Shown in pieces: positions 24,801 through 36,545 of a stretch of 64,000 nt of DNA. The position numbers and the translations under genes are program-made. A model generated the notes under the pieces. The model worked only from the letters and a program-made list of their open reading frames with translations. It had not been told where the DNA came from and made no database searches. The first letter of the stretch is position 1. The number at the start of each line of letters is the position of its first letter. This DNA is from Mobula hypostoma (Eukaryota). The DNA lies in assembly GCF_963921235.1 (NCBI RefSeq), contig NC_086097.1:74402001-74466000 (forward strand), given 5' to 3'.

Positions 24801-25829
24801 TGAAAGGTTTATTCCACCTTGAAGACTTTTTGTTCAAAGCTAAATGAAAGGATAGTGTCAGCAGAATAGTTAAATAACGTTAGGACTGTGTTGTAACATT
24901 ACAGTATAACTGCTATGGGCTAAGGATCATCTTTCCTCAAGATATAATGCAAAACTACCACCTGAGGGAAGATGCATTCAAAATTCAATGTCACTGCTTC
25001 ATAATGTACAAAGCAATGAAAGGGGAATATAGATTATTTATGGAATTTTCTCAATTGTAATATACAAGTGTTACACTTGTATATTATGGGAACTGAAAAG
25101 TAATTTTGTGGTTGAGCATTTCTGTCCATATGTTCTACACTCTGTGCAAAGAGAGAGTACTGAATATTTACTATGTTAGTACTTTCTATATTGCTTTATT
25201 TATTGAGATGAGGATTTGATGGCTCAGTTGCAATCTTTCTGAAATAGCTTTCCCCTTTATAATTTATCAAGGGAGTGGGAAATGACCATTTTGAAAATGG
25301 CTTACACTAAAATCATTCTTCATAATCTCTATTAGTATTTGACTATAATTCTATAACTTACAGAGGAGCTGGGGAAAAAAAAACATTTTGTCTTACGTAC
25401 CAGTAACAACCTGCGCTGCAATAAAAAATAAAACTTTAGTTGACTATAAATTGCAACAATTTCATAATATGGTTTGGACTATAAAGAAATACTTTAGCTG
25501 TTAGGTTGCTTAATCTAATACTGCTACATAATACAAAGTATCGCAATTTCATCAATAGCAACTCTTGGAAAAAATAATTTCTCTTTCCAGCGTATAAATG
25601 GTACGAGCACTGGGAGTCTAAAGAGGCAGATGATTTGTAACATTGTGTACCCATTGCACAGCGCTCCACTGGAAAAAGGCTGTTTACTCAATCACATCAT
25701 CTGACTTTTAGCTTAAGGTGTATAATATTGTAGGGCAGCAGTTCCAGTGAAACATACAAGAAAGAAGGGAAATCAAAGACCAGTGAAAATTGAAATGCCA
25801 ACATACCCATTCAAACTCCACATTAGTAG

Positions 25830-26140
25830 AATTAGATTTATTATCACTGATAAATTGCATGAAATTTGTTGTTTTACAACTGATGTACAGGGCAAAAATA
25901 CAGACAGCTATGAATTATGAAACTAAATAAATAATCCTAGCAAAAGAAAAATGAGATAGGGTTCATGGGTTCATGGACCATTTGGAAATCTTGTGGTGGA
26001 GGGGTAAAAGCTGCTTCTAGATCATCGACTGTAGGTCTTCAGGCTCCTGTATTTCCTAGCTGATGGCAGTAATGAGAAGAGGCATGTCCCGGTTAGTGTC
26101 CTTAGTAATGGATGCTATCTTCTTGAAGATGTCCTTGACG
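25830..26140 (-). mobile_element. Rex1/Babar-type 3' tail
   Basis: caggctcctgtatttcctagctgatggcagtaatgagaagaggcatgtccc (plus strand) reads GHASSHYCH/LP-like on the minus strand. Terminal tttattatcact motif. Confidence 0.7.
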
Positions 26141-27224
26141 GCAGCAAACAATATCTGAAGAACAGAATATACGCACTATTTTTTTAAATCAAAGTTAGCT
26201 GGAAGAACATGTCACAGCAAATGCATTCCTCAATTTGCAAATTATTCCCTTTTTTTTAACAGTAGCAATAATTACAATTATTCCCAATCCCTTGGTTCTC
26301 AATACATTGGGAATCTGTAACTAGCAAGTTGGTTCAAAGTCCAGGGTCTCTGGAGAATCTTCAACATGGGATGATAGGATAGATTTATAAAATAATGGAA
26401 GGACCAGATGATGTTATCTTGGGTAGCATCTTTCACTTAAGTAGAGTTGGGGAGGACCAAGGCTCTCAGTCTCAGTGGTGTTGGGATGTGGAGGTGGGGA
26501 AGAAGAGAGAGAGCAATAGATTGGAGAAAAGAGGAAGTCCATTGGGAGCAAAAAGTAAGTGTGAGAGGACTTTGAGAGAGAAGGGGACAAGCAGTGAACC
26601 ATTTGGGAAAAGAATCTCCTAGAAGGTGAAGAGGGTAGTGGGGTTAAACTGAAGAATGACTAAGGGAAAGATTAGAGAAGGGAGTACTGTGGTGAGAAGA
26701 ATAAAATGGAGACTGAAAAAGGGAAACGGTTGGGGCAAGGGGATGAGACAGTAAGCTAAAAGGAAGAGGATGTTAGGTGAGGCTATGTGCATTTGTGTCC
26801 GCTTGAATGTGTGTGGTCAGAGGACACACCAGTGGTTTGAGTGTGTCTCCGTATCTGTGTGTTTAGTCAAACTTCATTTCCAGTTGCTTGAGACTTCCTT
26901 GTCATTAATCCTCACTGTGGCGATTAGTGTGTAGCGACCCACTTTGCAATCACACACAGGGATCTTACACTCTTCAAAATGCCAGCGAGAAAACATGTCA
27001 TTCTCAACCCCAAAGTACAGCTTGAGAAGGCCGCATGTAGGTGAGAGAGGGTTAAATGTCAGAAATGTCAGAAGCTGGACTTTCCCCAAGGAAAATGGTG
27101 GGCCACAAAAAATGATTGAAGATAAGGATGTGAATGTAGAAATCATAGCCAGACCACATCTTCTCACTGCATCTAAAATGTTGACCATTTTATGCTGAAC
27201 ATTTTTCCTCCAGAAACTACTTTT

Positions 27225-27800
27225 CATCATCATCATGGCTTGCCTTCGCGAACGAAGATTTAGGAAGGGGGCTGCCCATATCTGTTGCAGGCTCGCTGGT
27301 GGCTGACAAGCCTATACAGGACAGGAAGGTCTGACCACAGCGGCTGCAAGGGAAATTCTGTTCTGGGTTTGGTGCTGCTGTGTCACGGTTCTTCCTCTTT
27401 CTCCTTTTATCCTGCATGCGTTCTCGAAGGAGGAGATAGACTGGTGAATGGTGTGTCGCGAGGCCTCGCTATTGGAGGCTAGATTAGACCACTGGCAATG
27501 GTCAATGTGACAAGCACCAAGGGATTTCTTCAGAGAGTCCTTGTACCTCTTCTTCGATGCCCCTCTGTCACGGTGGCCAGTGGAGAGTTTGCCCTACAGC
27601 ACAGTCTTGGGCAGGTGATGATCCTCCATCCTGGAGATGTGCCCTGCCCAGCGCAGCTGTGTCTCCAACAGCATGGCCTCGCTGCTGGTGACCTCCGCCT
27701 GTTACAGACACTTTTACAGGCAGATGAAACAACCTCTCAGCAACTGCCCTAACTGGTGTTGACCATGCACTGTCCATGGACACAATCTGAAAGTACAAGA
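27225..27800 (-). mobile_element. RTE-clade LINE 3' end
   Basis: LQLRWAGHISRMEDHHLPKTVL*GKLSTGHRDRGASKKRYKDSLKKSL, a C-terminal FPCSRCGQTFLSCIGL zinc-finger-like motif, and a (TGA)4 tail at 27225-27236. Confidence 0.88.
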
Positions 27801-28829
27801 CTGGCCATTCAGAACAGAGGTGAGGAGGAATTTACTAACTTGGGAGGTGGTGAATCTGTGGATTCTCAGTGCAAGAGGGCTGAGGGGGAATTATGGGAAA
27901 TTGGGTCAATGCAGAAAAGTGGCACCAATGCAAAATAGTAGTAATGTTTGTCAGAAATAGCAAACTGGGTGCATGGATCAAAAAAGCTGTTCCTGCAGCC
28001 ATTTATCTTGTACTATTTGGATTCCTATTAATTTTTGATATATTTTATATTTAGTTTCTTGTTTCTCCCAGGTTGCATGCTTGTCAGGTGAGAAGAGAAA
28101 TTTTCTGATGTACCAGACATTGTATATATATATGAGGAAGTTTGAATAGACTGCTGGATTTTTCCCAGCACATCATGCTTCGTGCTTGTTATGTTTTGGG
28201 TTAGGTTTAATTCTCAGAGTTCAAATTCACAGATTCTAAATGGTAACCACAGCCTTGATGTGTAGCTAATCAGATACGAGGAGAAATTGTGGCTCAATCC
28301 CTGCTCCATATGGAGTAAGAACTTTGTAGCTGAGAAGATGAGAGGAGCACTGGCATTGGTGAATGTTCTCCTCCAATGGAAAAGCATATTCAAGTGTTCC
28401 AATTCCTCTTCACTCGACAGTCCCACTCTAGTTGAAGAGAGCCCCGTTCAGTGACATTCTCGGGAGGTTTATGTGTGAATATTGGGTACAAGGTAGATCC
28501 AAAACTTGTCAGGATTATTTCCTCAAGCAAATACCAACTGCTATTCACTGTCAGAGCAGACAGATGAAAATAGCCTCCTGCTTGATGGAGCCGAAAGTGA
28601 TCAAAGATCTTGGAAACATACGTATCAGCCCTGGGCAAATGTCCTGAAGAAAGAATGAACAGGAAAAACCACAACAGGAAAATAAATCAGAAGTTAAAAA
28701 TTAAATAGATTACTCATTGATCACTCAGTAACAGAGACAAATACTTCATTGAGTTTCCGGGTAAAATCTCTAGATTGGGAAAGTACAATTCCAAAAAAAA
28801 TAAATGAACTTCCAAAATAATAATTTTTT

Positions 28830-29122
28830 TATTTACTTGGAGATGCGTCGCAGAACAAATCCTTCCAGCCCTTCGAGCCAAGCCACCCAGCATCCACCGA
28901 GGTAATGCTATCCTAATCACGGGACGGTTTACAATGACCAATTAACCTGCTAACCGGTATGTCTTCAGACTGTGAGAGGAAGCCGGGGCACTCAGAGAAA
29001 ACCCACTCATTCCACAGGGAGGACGTACGGACTCCTTACAGAAGACGTCGGAACTGAACGTCAAACTGCGACACCCCAAGCTGTAATTTCGTCACACTAA
29101 CCACTATGCTAACGTGGCACCC
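28830..29122 (-). mobile_element. tRNA-derived V-domain SINE (HE1-like)
   Basis: The minus strand starts ggtgccacgttagcatagtggttagtg (A-box-like). The central V-like domain reads gagtgggttttctctgagtgccccggcttcctctcacagtctgaagac. Confidence 0.8.
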
Positions 29123-29460
29123 ATGTGTCCTGATGTAAAATGTGGCAATTGTTGACTTTTATTAGGACTTCTGTTCATTGTAAACAAGGTAGATATTTGA
29201 TACATTTTCCCACAAAAAAAATAAGAGTTAGAGATAGAAATGTAAAACTCTGGAAATGCTCAGCATATCAGTCTGGATCTGAGGGATTAAAAACATAATT
29301 AATGCTTTGTGTTGATGTGGAGATGATTGTCACAGGAGTGACATGGCAGCTTCACACCCTAGCTGTAGCAACATCATGGATCCTGCTGAATGCAAACTGA
29401 AAGGTGAAATGTAAATTTGAGATTATGCTTCTAGGTGGCCAGGCAACAAATTAAAACTTC

Positions 29461-29596
29461 GTAAACGCAAAATACTCTGCAGATGCTGAGGTCAAAGCAA
29501 CACGCACAACACGCTGGAGGAACTTAGCCGTTCAGGCAGCATCCGTGGAAGTGAACAGTCCACGTTTCGGGCCGAGACCCTTCGTCAGGACTTTAA
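29461..29596 (-). mobile_element. Short PLE 3' unit (136 bp) with TSD
   Basis: Perfect 13-bp TSD AAATTAAAACTTC at 29448-29460 and 29597-29609. This is the best-preserved family copy, with CpGs retained. Confidence 0.92.
29556..29592 (-). ncRNA. Minimal type-I hammerhead ribozyme motif (cleavage triplet mutated to GUG)
   Basis: AGUC-CUGACGA-A-GGGUCUCGGCCC-GAAAC-GUG-GACUG. The CUGANGA and GAAA cores are intact, with stem I AGUC/GACU, stem II GGG/CCC and a loopless palindromic ACGU stem III. Confidence 0.85.
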
Positions 29597-31964
29597 AAAT
29601 TAAAACTTCATTGCCCTGAGACCATTTCATTCTTTCTCCAAGATTTTCCCACATTCTGCCCCTAAATTTCAGTGAGGTGAGAAAATAACATGAAAGGTAA
29701 ATTTCAGAACACTGTCCAAGTGCTACTGGTGACACATGGGGAGAAGAAAGTGCTTGTCCAATATGCTTTGGCACGCATGTCACGAGTGGCACCAGTTTGC
29801 CTTCATGGTGCAGGTATTGTGTTGTTTTAGAAGGCTGTCTGTTTGATAAAGCACTGATATTTTGAAGCTCAAAGCTTCATCTAACCCGATCTCTGAACTT
29901 CACACCTGTGAACTTGGGTCAACAGCAGGTGAGACCAGCTCCATTCCTTGACTTCAGGGTATCTACATGATTGGCAGCTAATTGGTTTGTTTCAGTTGTT
30001 GCTCTAAGTGTGCATTGCTTAGTACTTATTATTAAGTTGTTAAAGTCTACATGGATTGTTGCAGCAGATGCTGAATGATATTTTGCTGATTTTAAGGTTT
30101 CTGAACAAGGAGGGCCGAGGTGCACCAGTGGACTTGGGTCTTATGGGCCCTTTGACAAGGCCTAGGTATGGAAAGGAGCACGAAAGCACTCAAACTGAGC
30201 CACTGGAGGACAGCTCCCAGTCAGAGGCCACATGTTTCTTCACCCAAGGAACTTTTGAGGAGATTCCCAAATCTAGACAGCCTCCTGCCTCCCCTTAAAC
30301 ACCAACCCCTCAAGCTCCATTTGGTCTGGTTAGCCACCATGGAAAAGCTGCAGGAGCCTCTGTGCAGACTGTTCAATCAGGCTCAAGAAGTAGCTGTTGC
30401 CATGGAGTTTGGGTCCGAAGCACAAAAAAAAATCAAATAGCCCAGAAATGAGGCTCTTACAGTGACCTGGCATATTGGACTGTAACCTGATCCACACAGC
30501 CCTGCCCTCCAAACTACAATTAAAATTAATTCTAATAGCAACCTTTGTTTGAATGGGCAGCTTCATTTGGACAATTACTCAAACAGGAAGAGTATTAAAT
30601 AAGGATTTAGTTGACAGGCTCCAGGTTACTACTGCTCATTTTCCATCAGTTGCAGTGTCCAGCACTCAGAGGAACACCAGTAGTCAGATCGTGCCAGTGA
30701 TGCTCACGGTGCCTCTCCCCCTGAGGACATGTGAAGCGTATTGCCACTTCTCATGTTCAAGTAACCCACAACTGCAGCTTGTCTTTACAAACTTTCTGTT
30801 GCATTTATTGCCTCAGATTCTTTAAACCACACCGCGCCCCCCCCCCACACACACACACAAACCAAAGAATTATGAACCATTCAAGTTTAAAATCTGTGCA
30901 TGTGTGTCTTTGCACAGCTGCACTTTGTGAATCTCCCTGCAGCAATGCTACACAACCCAGGGCACATGAATGTCTTGTCTTTCCATGGGACACAGTACAA
31001 CAAAGCAGCACAGGTGAAGCTGAACCATGGTCACAGTCTAATACTGTGATACAGTTCAGCATCACAGTATTAGATACAGAACTGTAACATGCCGCCAAGT
31101 GGAGTTCAGCTGGGCATTCTGTTTTGTCGAGCAGGGCACCTCACCTTCTTCTGGGACGGGCCAATCATTCTCCAGAAATCCAAACATTTTCCAGCTAAGA
31201 CTGGCTTAGTGGGACTCAAATGGGCTTCAATGAGAATGAAGCATGGAACCTTGCTACCTACTGCAAGTATACAGGAAAACCCCATTTCCCGTGGCTGTTG
31301 TCATGACTATGGTCATGAACTGTCAGCATTCATCCAGATGACACCTATAGAGTACCGCAATACCTTACCATGGGTCACCAAATGCAGGCTTCTGTGTGGT
31401 GTAGAGAGATGTGGTTGGCAGGTCCATTGCTCAGAGCTGCAGTCAGAATCTACTGCATACCAGCTTCAATGACCTGTTCCTGTACGACCAAAAGCAGCAA
31501 TTTATACAAGCCAGCGGCTGCCTCAATACCCTCATGAGGCAGCAATCCATCGTGCTATTTGAATCGGAACCTAAAGCCAAATTTGGGTTCAATGGGTAGT
31601 CTGTAAGATAAGGCACTATAGCAGTGACGTGGCACACATCTCCATGCCGTAGCCCGCTCAACCATCTGCAGACCACTAGCAATGAAAGCACATAAAACAC
31701 AGCACTTCCATTGTTGGGATCACGTGGGTATCGATGCTGGTGGTGGCCTGGTGCTTCCTGTTCATTGTGCCACCAGTGAAACACAGCACTTGCTACCAGA
31801 TGCACAGTGAGCAGCTATAAAGCAGGAGCAAGGCTGAAGCCTGAGAATATGCAAACATCCAAATTAGGAGCAAGAGTAGATAGATTAAATGGCCCTTTAG
31901 CCGGCCCCATGACTAAGGCCAATCTCATATACGTTTGACTGTCTTCCTACCCACCTAGCATAGT

Positions 31965-33128
31965 AGATTCTCTGTTGATCAGGGTCAACCAAGGATGTTG
32001 CATCCTAGGTGCCTACGCTAGCCAGTACACAAGCCAGGACAGTACAATATGGAGATCCAGCTGTTGCCCGTGCTTTCTCCACACAGCTGATAAATCCAAA
32101 GGTACGGCAGAGACCAACAGTTTGACACCAGCAGCATCGCAGAAGTTGCCAGTCAATGTTGAACAATGGAGGACTGCATTAGGGACATCACTTCCAAAGT
32201 TTTCCAAGTTTTCCTGAGCGTTTACTCCTGAGCTCTTCCTCATGAGTAGGCATAGCCGCAAGGTTTGAGTGAAGGCTTGAGATCACTGCTGTGTATATGC
32301 ATCTATTGATGCTTCTGGACACATCTTCAGTGATGTTCCTGGAATCATCGGGTGTTTCGGGTCTTTCAACATCATACAACCTCCTCCAGGTGACCCAGCC
32401 AGGGCTGATCAGACCCCAGCTTGTGTCCAGATGGCTAGCTACTTATGACTCCATGGCTCCCCTCTTTTGAGCCACAGCCATCTTGAGGCCCTCTCTGCCG
32501 CATCGGTGGTACTGCGGATGGCTCTCCTCTTCCTCTCTCCCTCAATGCCCAAAATGCTGAAGGCTCTAACTAAAGAGCAGGCTATGAATCCCCTACAACC
32601 AACCTCCACTGGGAGATGCCTCGCTCTCCATCCAGCCTGCTGACAGTTGCTGACCAGTCCTGCGTACTTGGAGAGCTTCCTTTCAAAGGCCTCCTCCAAG
32701 CTATCTTCCCATGGGACTGTCAGCTCCAGCAGCACCACTTGCTTAGTAGACTCAGACACTAGGACAATGTCTGGTCGCAGGGTGGTGGCTGCGATATGGT
32801 TGGGGAACTTCAGCTGCCCTTCGAGGTCCACCAACAGCTGCCAGTCCCTTGCAGAGGTCAGAATATTCTTCTCCGAAGTGAGCTGCCAAACACACCTGTT
32901 GAGCCCCATCTCCAACAAGTGACTGGTTTTAAGGCTCCAGCAACCTGCCTTTGCCCATTCTCCTGCCAATAGAAACAGTTCTGCTGGACATAGTAGCTAA
33001 GCCTCAAATGAAGGCCAGGAGTTGGACTTGGTTGTCAGAGGCTATTTGAGACATGCCATTGGGAGCATTTAATAGGTAGTGGGAACTTGTCCCCACTACT
33101 TCCCTGGTTATGACAACCTTAAGAAACC
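31965..33128 (-). mobile_element. Non-coding RTE-related element, split by the HERO insertion
   Basis: Segments 31965-32285 and 32862-33128 carry motifs I associate with RTE 5' regions (gtttactcctgagctcttcctcatgagtaggcatagccgcaagg; ttctcc...gagctgcc; gtgactggttttaagg). Family assignment is from recall. Confidence 0.5.
32295..32862 (-). mobile_element. HERO-clade non-LTR retrotransposon 3' end with restriction-like endonuclease
   Basis: Open frame ILTSARDWQLLVDL...TTLRPDIVLVSESTKQVVLLELTVPWE...ERKLSKY...PVEVGCRGF...AERASRWLWLKR (stop at 32439), which is a PD-(D/E)xK-type RLE domain, followed by the 3' UTR. Confidence 0.9.
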
Positions 33129-33459
33129 TACCACATCTTACTCCCTTTACCTATGAAGTACCTGTCTTGCTCTGTTTTAAAAATTCTCTGCTTCCACCAT
33201 CCTTGGAGGAAGAGAGAAAAAAATTGCTTCATCTCAGTTTTAAATGCGGGGACCCCTTTTTTTCTCAAAATGTTGACTCCGAACTGATTCTCTCACAAGG
33301 AAACATCCTCTTCACATCCATCCTGTCAAGACACCCCGGGATCTTAAAATTCCTCAGGTACAAAGAACAAGGAGATCACCTTGGCAGCTCATTTCTGTCA
33401 GATCACGATAAAGGAATCTGTGAACTGGAATTATAATTAGAGTACTGGTTTCACATATA

Positions 33460-34470
33460 TTGAGATATAGTACCTTACATACTGTTCATACAGATCAGAT
33501 TATTACACAGTGCATTGAGGTAGAACAAGATAAATCAATAAAAGAATGCAGAATAACATGTAATAGCTACAGAGAAAGTGCAGTACAGGTAGACAAAGTG
33601 CAAGATCATGAAGTGGTATATTGTCAGTCAAGAGTCCATCTTATTGTACTGGGGAACCATTTACTAGTCTTATGACAACATGATAGAAGCTGTAATTAAG
33701 CCTGGTCGTACATGTTTTCAGGCTTTTGTACCTTTCACCCAAAGGAAAAGGGAAGAGTAGAGAATGTCCAGGGTGGGTGGGATCTTTGATTTGGTGGCTG
33801 CTTTACTGGAGTAGTGAGAAGGACAGACAGAGTCCATTGGAAGATTAACACCTCAAATTCTGTCTGGGTAGCCTCCAACCTGATGGCATGAACATGATTT
33901 CTCTATCTTCCACTAACTTTCCCCATCCTGCTTGGCTTTCCTTCAGTTCCCTACTCTAGTCTCTTACATCTTTTCCTCACCTGCCTATCACCTCGCCCAG
34001 GTGCCCTTTCTCCTTCTCTTTCTCCCATGATCCTCTGTCCTCTCCTATCAGATTCCTTCTTCTCCAACCCTTTGCCTTTTCCACCTATCAGCGCCAAGCT
34101 TTTTACTTCATACCCCTCTACCCCAGCCACCTGTCTTTACCTACCACCTCAGCCTGTCATACATCCCCCCCCCCACCACACTTATTCCAGCATGCCCCCC
34201 CACCACTTTGTCAGTTCTGATGAAGGGTCTTTTCCCAAAATGTTGACTGTTTATTCACTTCTGTCGATGCTGCCTGACCTGCTGAGTTTCCCCAGCATTT
34301 TGAGTGTGGCCCTTTGGATTTCTATCATCTGCAGAACCTATTGTGTCCATTGAAAGGAGGCTGGTTTCCCAGATGTGCTGGGCCGTGTCTTCAGCTCTCT
34401 GCAGTTTCTTGTGGTCATGTGCAGAAAAGGAGCTGCCTATTGTGCATTGATGAAAATTGATAAGGATCAA
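33460..34470 (-). mobile_element. Rex1/Babar-type 3' fragment interrupted by a PLE
   Basis: ORF 34255-34545 contains DHKKLQRAEDTAQHIWETSL. The element resumes at 33843 and runs to a Rex-like 3' UTR. Confidence 0.75.
33844..34344 (+). mobile_element. PLE 3' fragment: GIY-YIG C-terminus, polypyrimidine UTR and hammerhead
   Basis: HLKFCLGSLQPDGMN. Hammerhead cagtt-ctgatga-agggtcttttccc-aaaat-gtt-gactg at 34212-34249. TSD gtccattg(g/a)aag at 33832-33843 and 34345-34356. Confidence 0.9.
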
Positions 34471-34729
34471 GTTTCCCTGAGTAAGGACATGCAGACGAGG
34501 CTGTGTTCTCCCTCTCTCCTGCATGCCAACACCACAGCAATCCAACTAATCTAATCAAGGAAAAATTGCTGTACAGCCTAAAAGTGCCTTTCCACAGTGT
34601 CCAGATACCGTTGGTAGTATTCAGAACTTGCAGGGCAGAATGCATTTGCCCAAGTCTCCTCTGCAGCACCCAGATATTAACTGACGATTACCTCTGCTGT
34701 AGTAGGGGTAATGACATCAGAGGTAACAT

Positions 34730-35000
34730 AAAACCACATCATGCTGGAAACACTCTGCAGTCAGGCAGCACTTGTGGGGAGAAGAACACGGTTAATGCTT
34801 CAGGTCAATAAACCATCACCAGGTCTGAAATAAACTAGAAAGGTTGATTATCTGAAATCATTGATATGATTACTGGATGCTGGTGGCAGGAAAGTGTTTA
34901 TCAAGAAGGAGAGTTGTAGTTCCCTGGGCCTCATTTGGACTGTACGATAAAGCCAAAGACAAGAATAGTTGAGGGGGAATGGGATGGAGAAATAAAGTTA
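34730..35000 (-). mobile_element. Older PLE 3' remnant
   Basis: atgctggaaacactctgcagtcaggcagcacttgtgg resembles the family tail. gagggggaatgggatggagaaataaa resembles the GIY-YIG-coding segment at 51285-51315. Confidence 0.5.
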
Positions 35001-35437
35001 CTGAAAGCTCTGTGCCATCATCACAGACTCATTGGAAGTCTCCTGCACATCAATTATCCATCTGTCCCAATTACAGTATCTTCCTCACTCATCCATCCAA
35101 CATGCCTTCATATTCCCTGAACTAGTTTCCCCTGCATTGTTATTATCAAGGCTTTCATTCCCTTTCCTGTACTCCTGCTGCACCCACCTCTCCTCACCCA
35201 AAGCAAACATCTCCTTGTCCTCATCTTCCACAACACCAGCCCCCATGTTTCACGCGTCGCCCTCTATAATGTCCAGATGCCACTTCAGAGACATTACGCA
35301 CCCCCCCCTCATTGTTTCCTCCTCAGTATTCTATCTCCATCACCATGACTGCCCTTCTTGAGGCAAGATGCATGCAATGGTAGGAAACATCTTCTGACTG
35401 GAAACATAATAGTCCTCAAAACTCAACCATGAATTTA

Positions 35438-35567
35438 CCTGAAGAAAGGTCTCAGCCCAAAACGTTTACTGTTTATTCATTCCATAGATGCTGCCTACCT
35501 GCTGAGTTCCTTTAGCATTTTGTGTGTGTTGGTTTGGATTTTCAATACCTGCAGACTTTCTCATGTT
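35438..35567 (+). mobile_element. Short PLE 3' unit with degenerate hammerhead
   Basis: c-ctgaaga-aaggtctcagccc-aaaac-gtt-tactg, followed by the family tail. Confidence 0.85.
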
Positions 35568-35861
35568 AGTTAATTCATCTATTTAGGATAACCAGCTTTC
35601 TCAACTTTTGCTATGGCTTGGGGTCTATCAATACTGTTTACCCTGATGAGTATTTCCAGAATCTGCAGCTCCTATTTTGCTTTTCAGTCAGATATTACAT
35701 TATGGTTGGGTCCACATATGTAAGCTGGAAAGGATTAGCTTCTCCCAAGACTAATTGATGTTTCTTCACATTGCATATCAACTCTCTGCAAGCTTCTCAT
35801 TACCCTTCTTCAATCACCCTTGTGGCTCCTCTGTAGTGCAGTGAACCTCTTGGTTCATACT

Positions 35862-36310
35862 TGAATTGAATTGAATTGGATTTACTTTATTTCTTACATC
35901 CACATACATGAGGAGTAAAACTCTCCGTCTGAATGTGCAATGTGCAATTTATAGTAATTTGCAACAAATATTATTTCCAATAGGACAAAATACAATTGTA
36001 TCAGTGTGAATTAATCAGTCTGATGGCCTAGTGGAAGAAGCTGTCCCAGACCCTGTTGGTCCTGGCTTTAATGTACTGTTTCCCAGATAGTAACGGCTGG
36101 AAGAATTTGTGGTTGGGGTGGTACAGGTCCCCAGTGATCCTTCAGGCCCTTTTTCTGCACCTGTCTCTGTAAATGTCCTGTATAGTGGGAAGTTCAGATT
36201 TACAAATACACTGGTCTGCCCGTACTACTCCCTGCAGAGTCTTGTGATTGAGGGAAGTGCAGTTCCCATACCAGGCAGTGATGCAGCCGGTCAGGATGCT
36301 CTCAATTATG
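35862..36310 (-). mobile_element. Rex1/Babar 3' end
   Basis: gttcccataccaggcagtgatgcagccggtcaggatgctctcaat reads IESILTGCITAWYGN on the minus strand. (ttgaa)n tail at about 35861-35880. Confidence 0.85.
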
Positions 36311-36359
36311 CGATTCTGCACCTCAAATCATCTTTCCTTTCCTTCTTAAGGTTGTATCA

Positions 36360-36545
36360 GAGTTATTGCCAGAGATTTCAAGAGCATGCATTCAACCATG
36401 TTTAAAAAGCATTTAGACAGTCACTTGAATTGGAAGACTTAAGGGGATATGGAGCTCGTTTGGGTAAAATGGATTAGCAGCGATGGACAAAAAGTCAGCA
36501 TGGATGTGATGGGCTACATTGTTTCTATGCTGGACAACTCTATCA
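36360..36545 (+). mobile_element. CR1 3' tail
   Basis: tttaaaaagcatttagacagtcacttgaat...gcatggatgtgatgggc...gtttctatgctggacaactctat. Confidence 0.7.

Noticed and set aside
26870..27220. Possible zinc-finger or hAT transposase remnant (MPARKHVILNPK...VKCQKCQK)
   Set aside because: A single CxxC with in-frame stops and no further recognisable motifs.
28830..29122. tRNA gene
   Set aside because: Only a decayed tRNA-like head followed by a SINE body, with no cloverleaf. The same applies to 60070-60340.
31037..31074. Hairpin as a miR-200/429 or miR-101 family precursor (contains TAATACTG and ACTGTGAT)
   Set aside because: The stem is only 14 bp, and the sequence beyond the seed-like word does not match those mature miRNAs.
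32439..32969. 176-aa ORF as a stand-alone nuclease gene
   Set aside because: The N-terminal ~35 residues come from the flanking repeat. The rest is a truncated HERO retrotransposon end.
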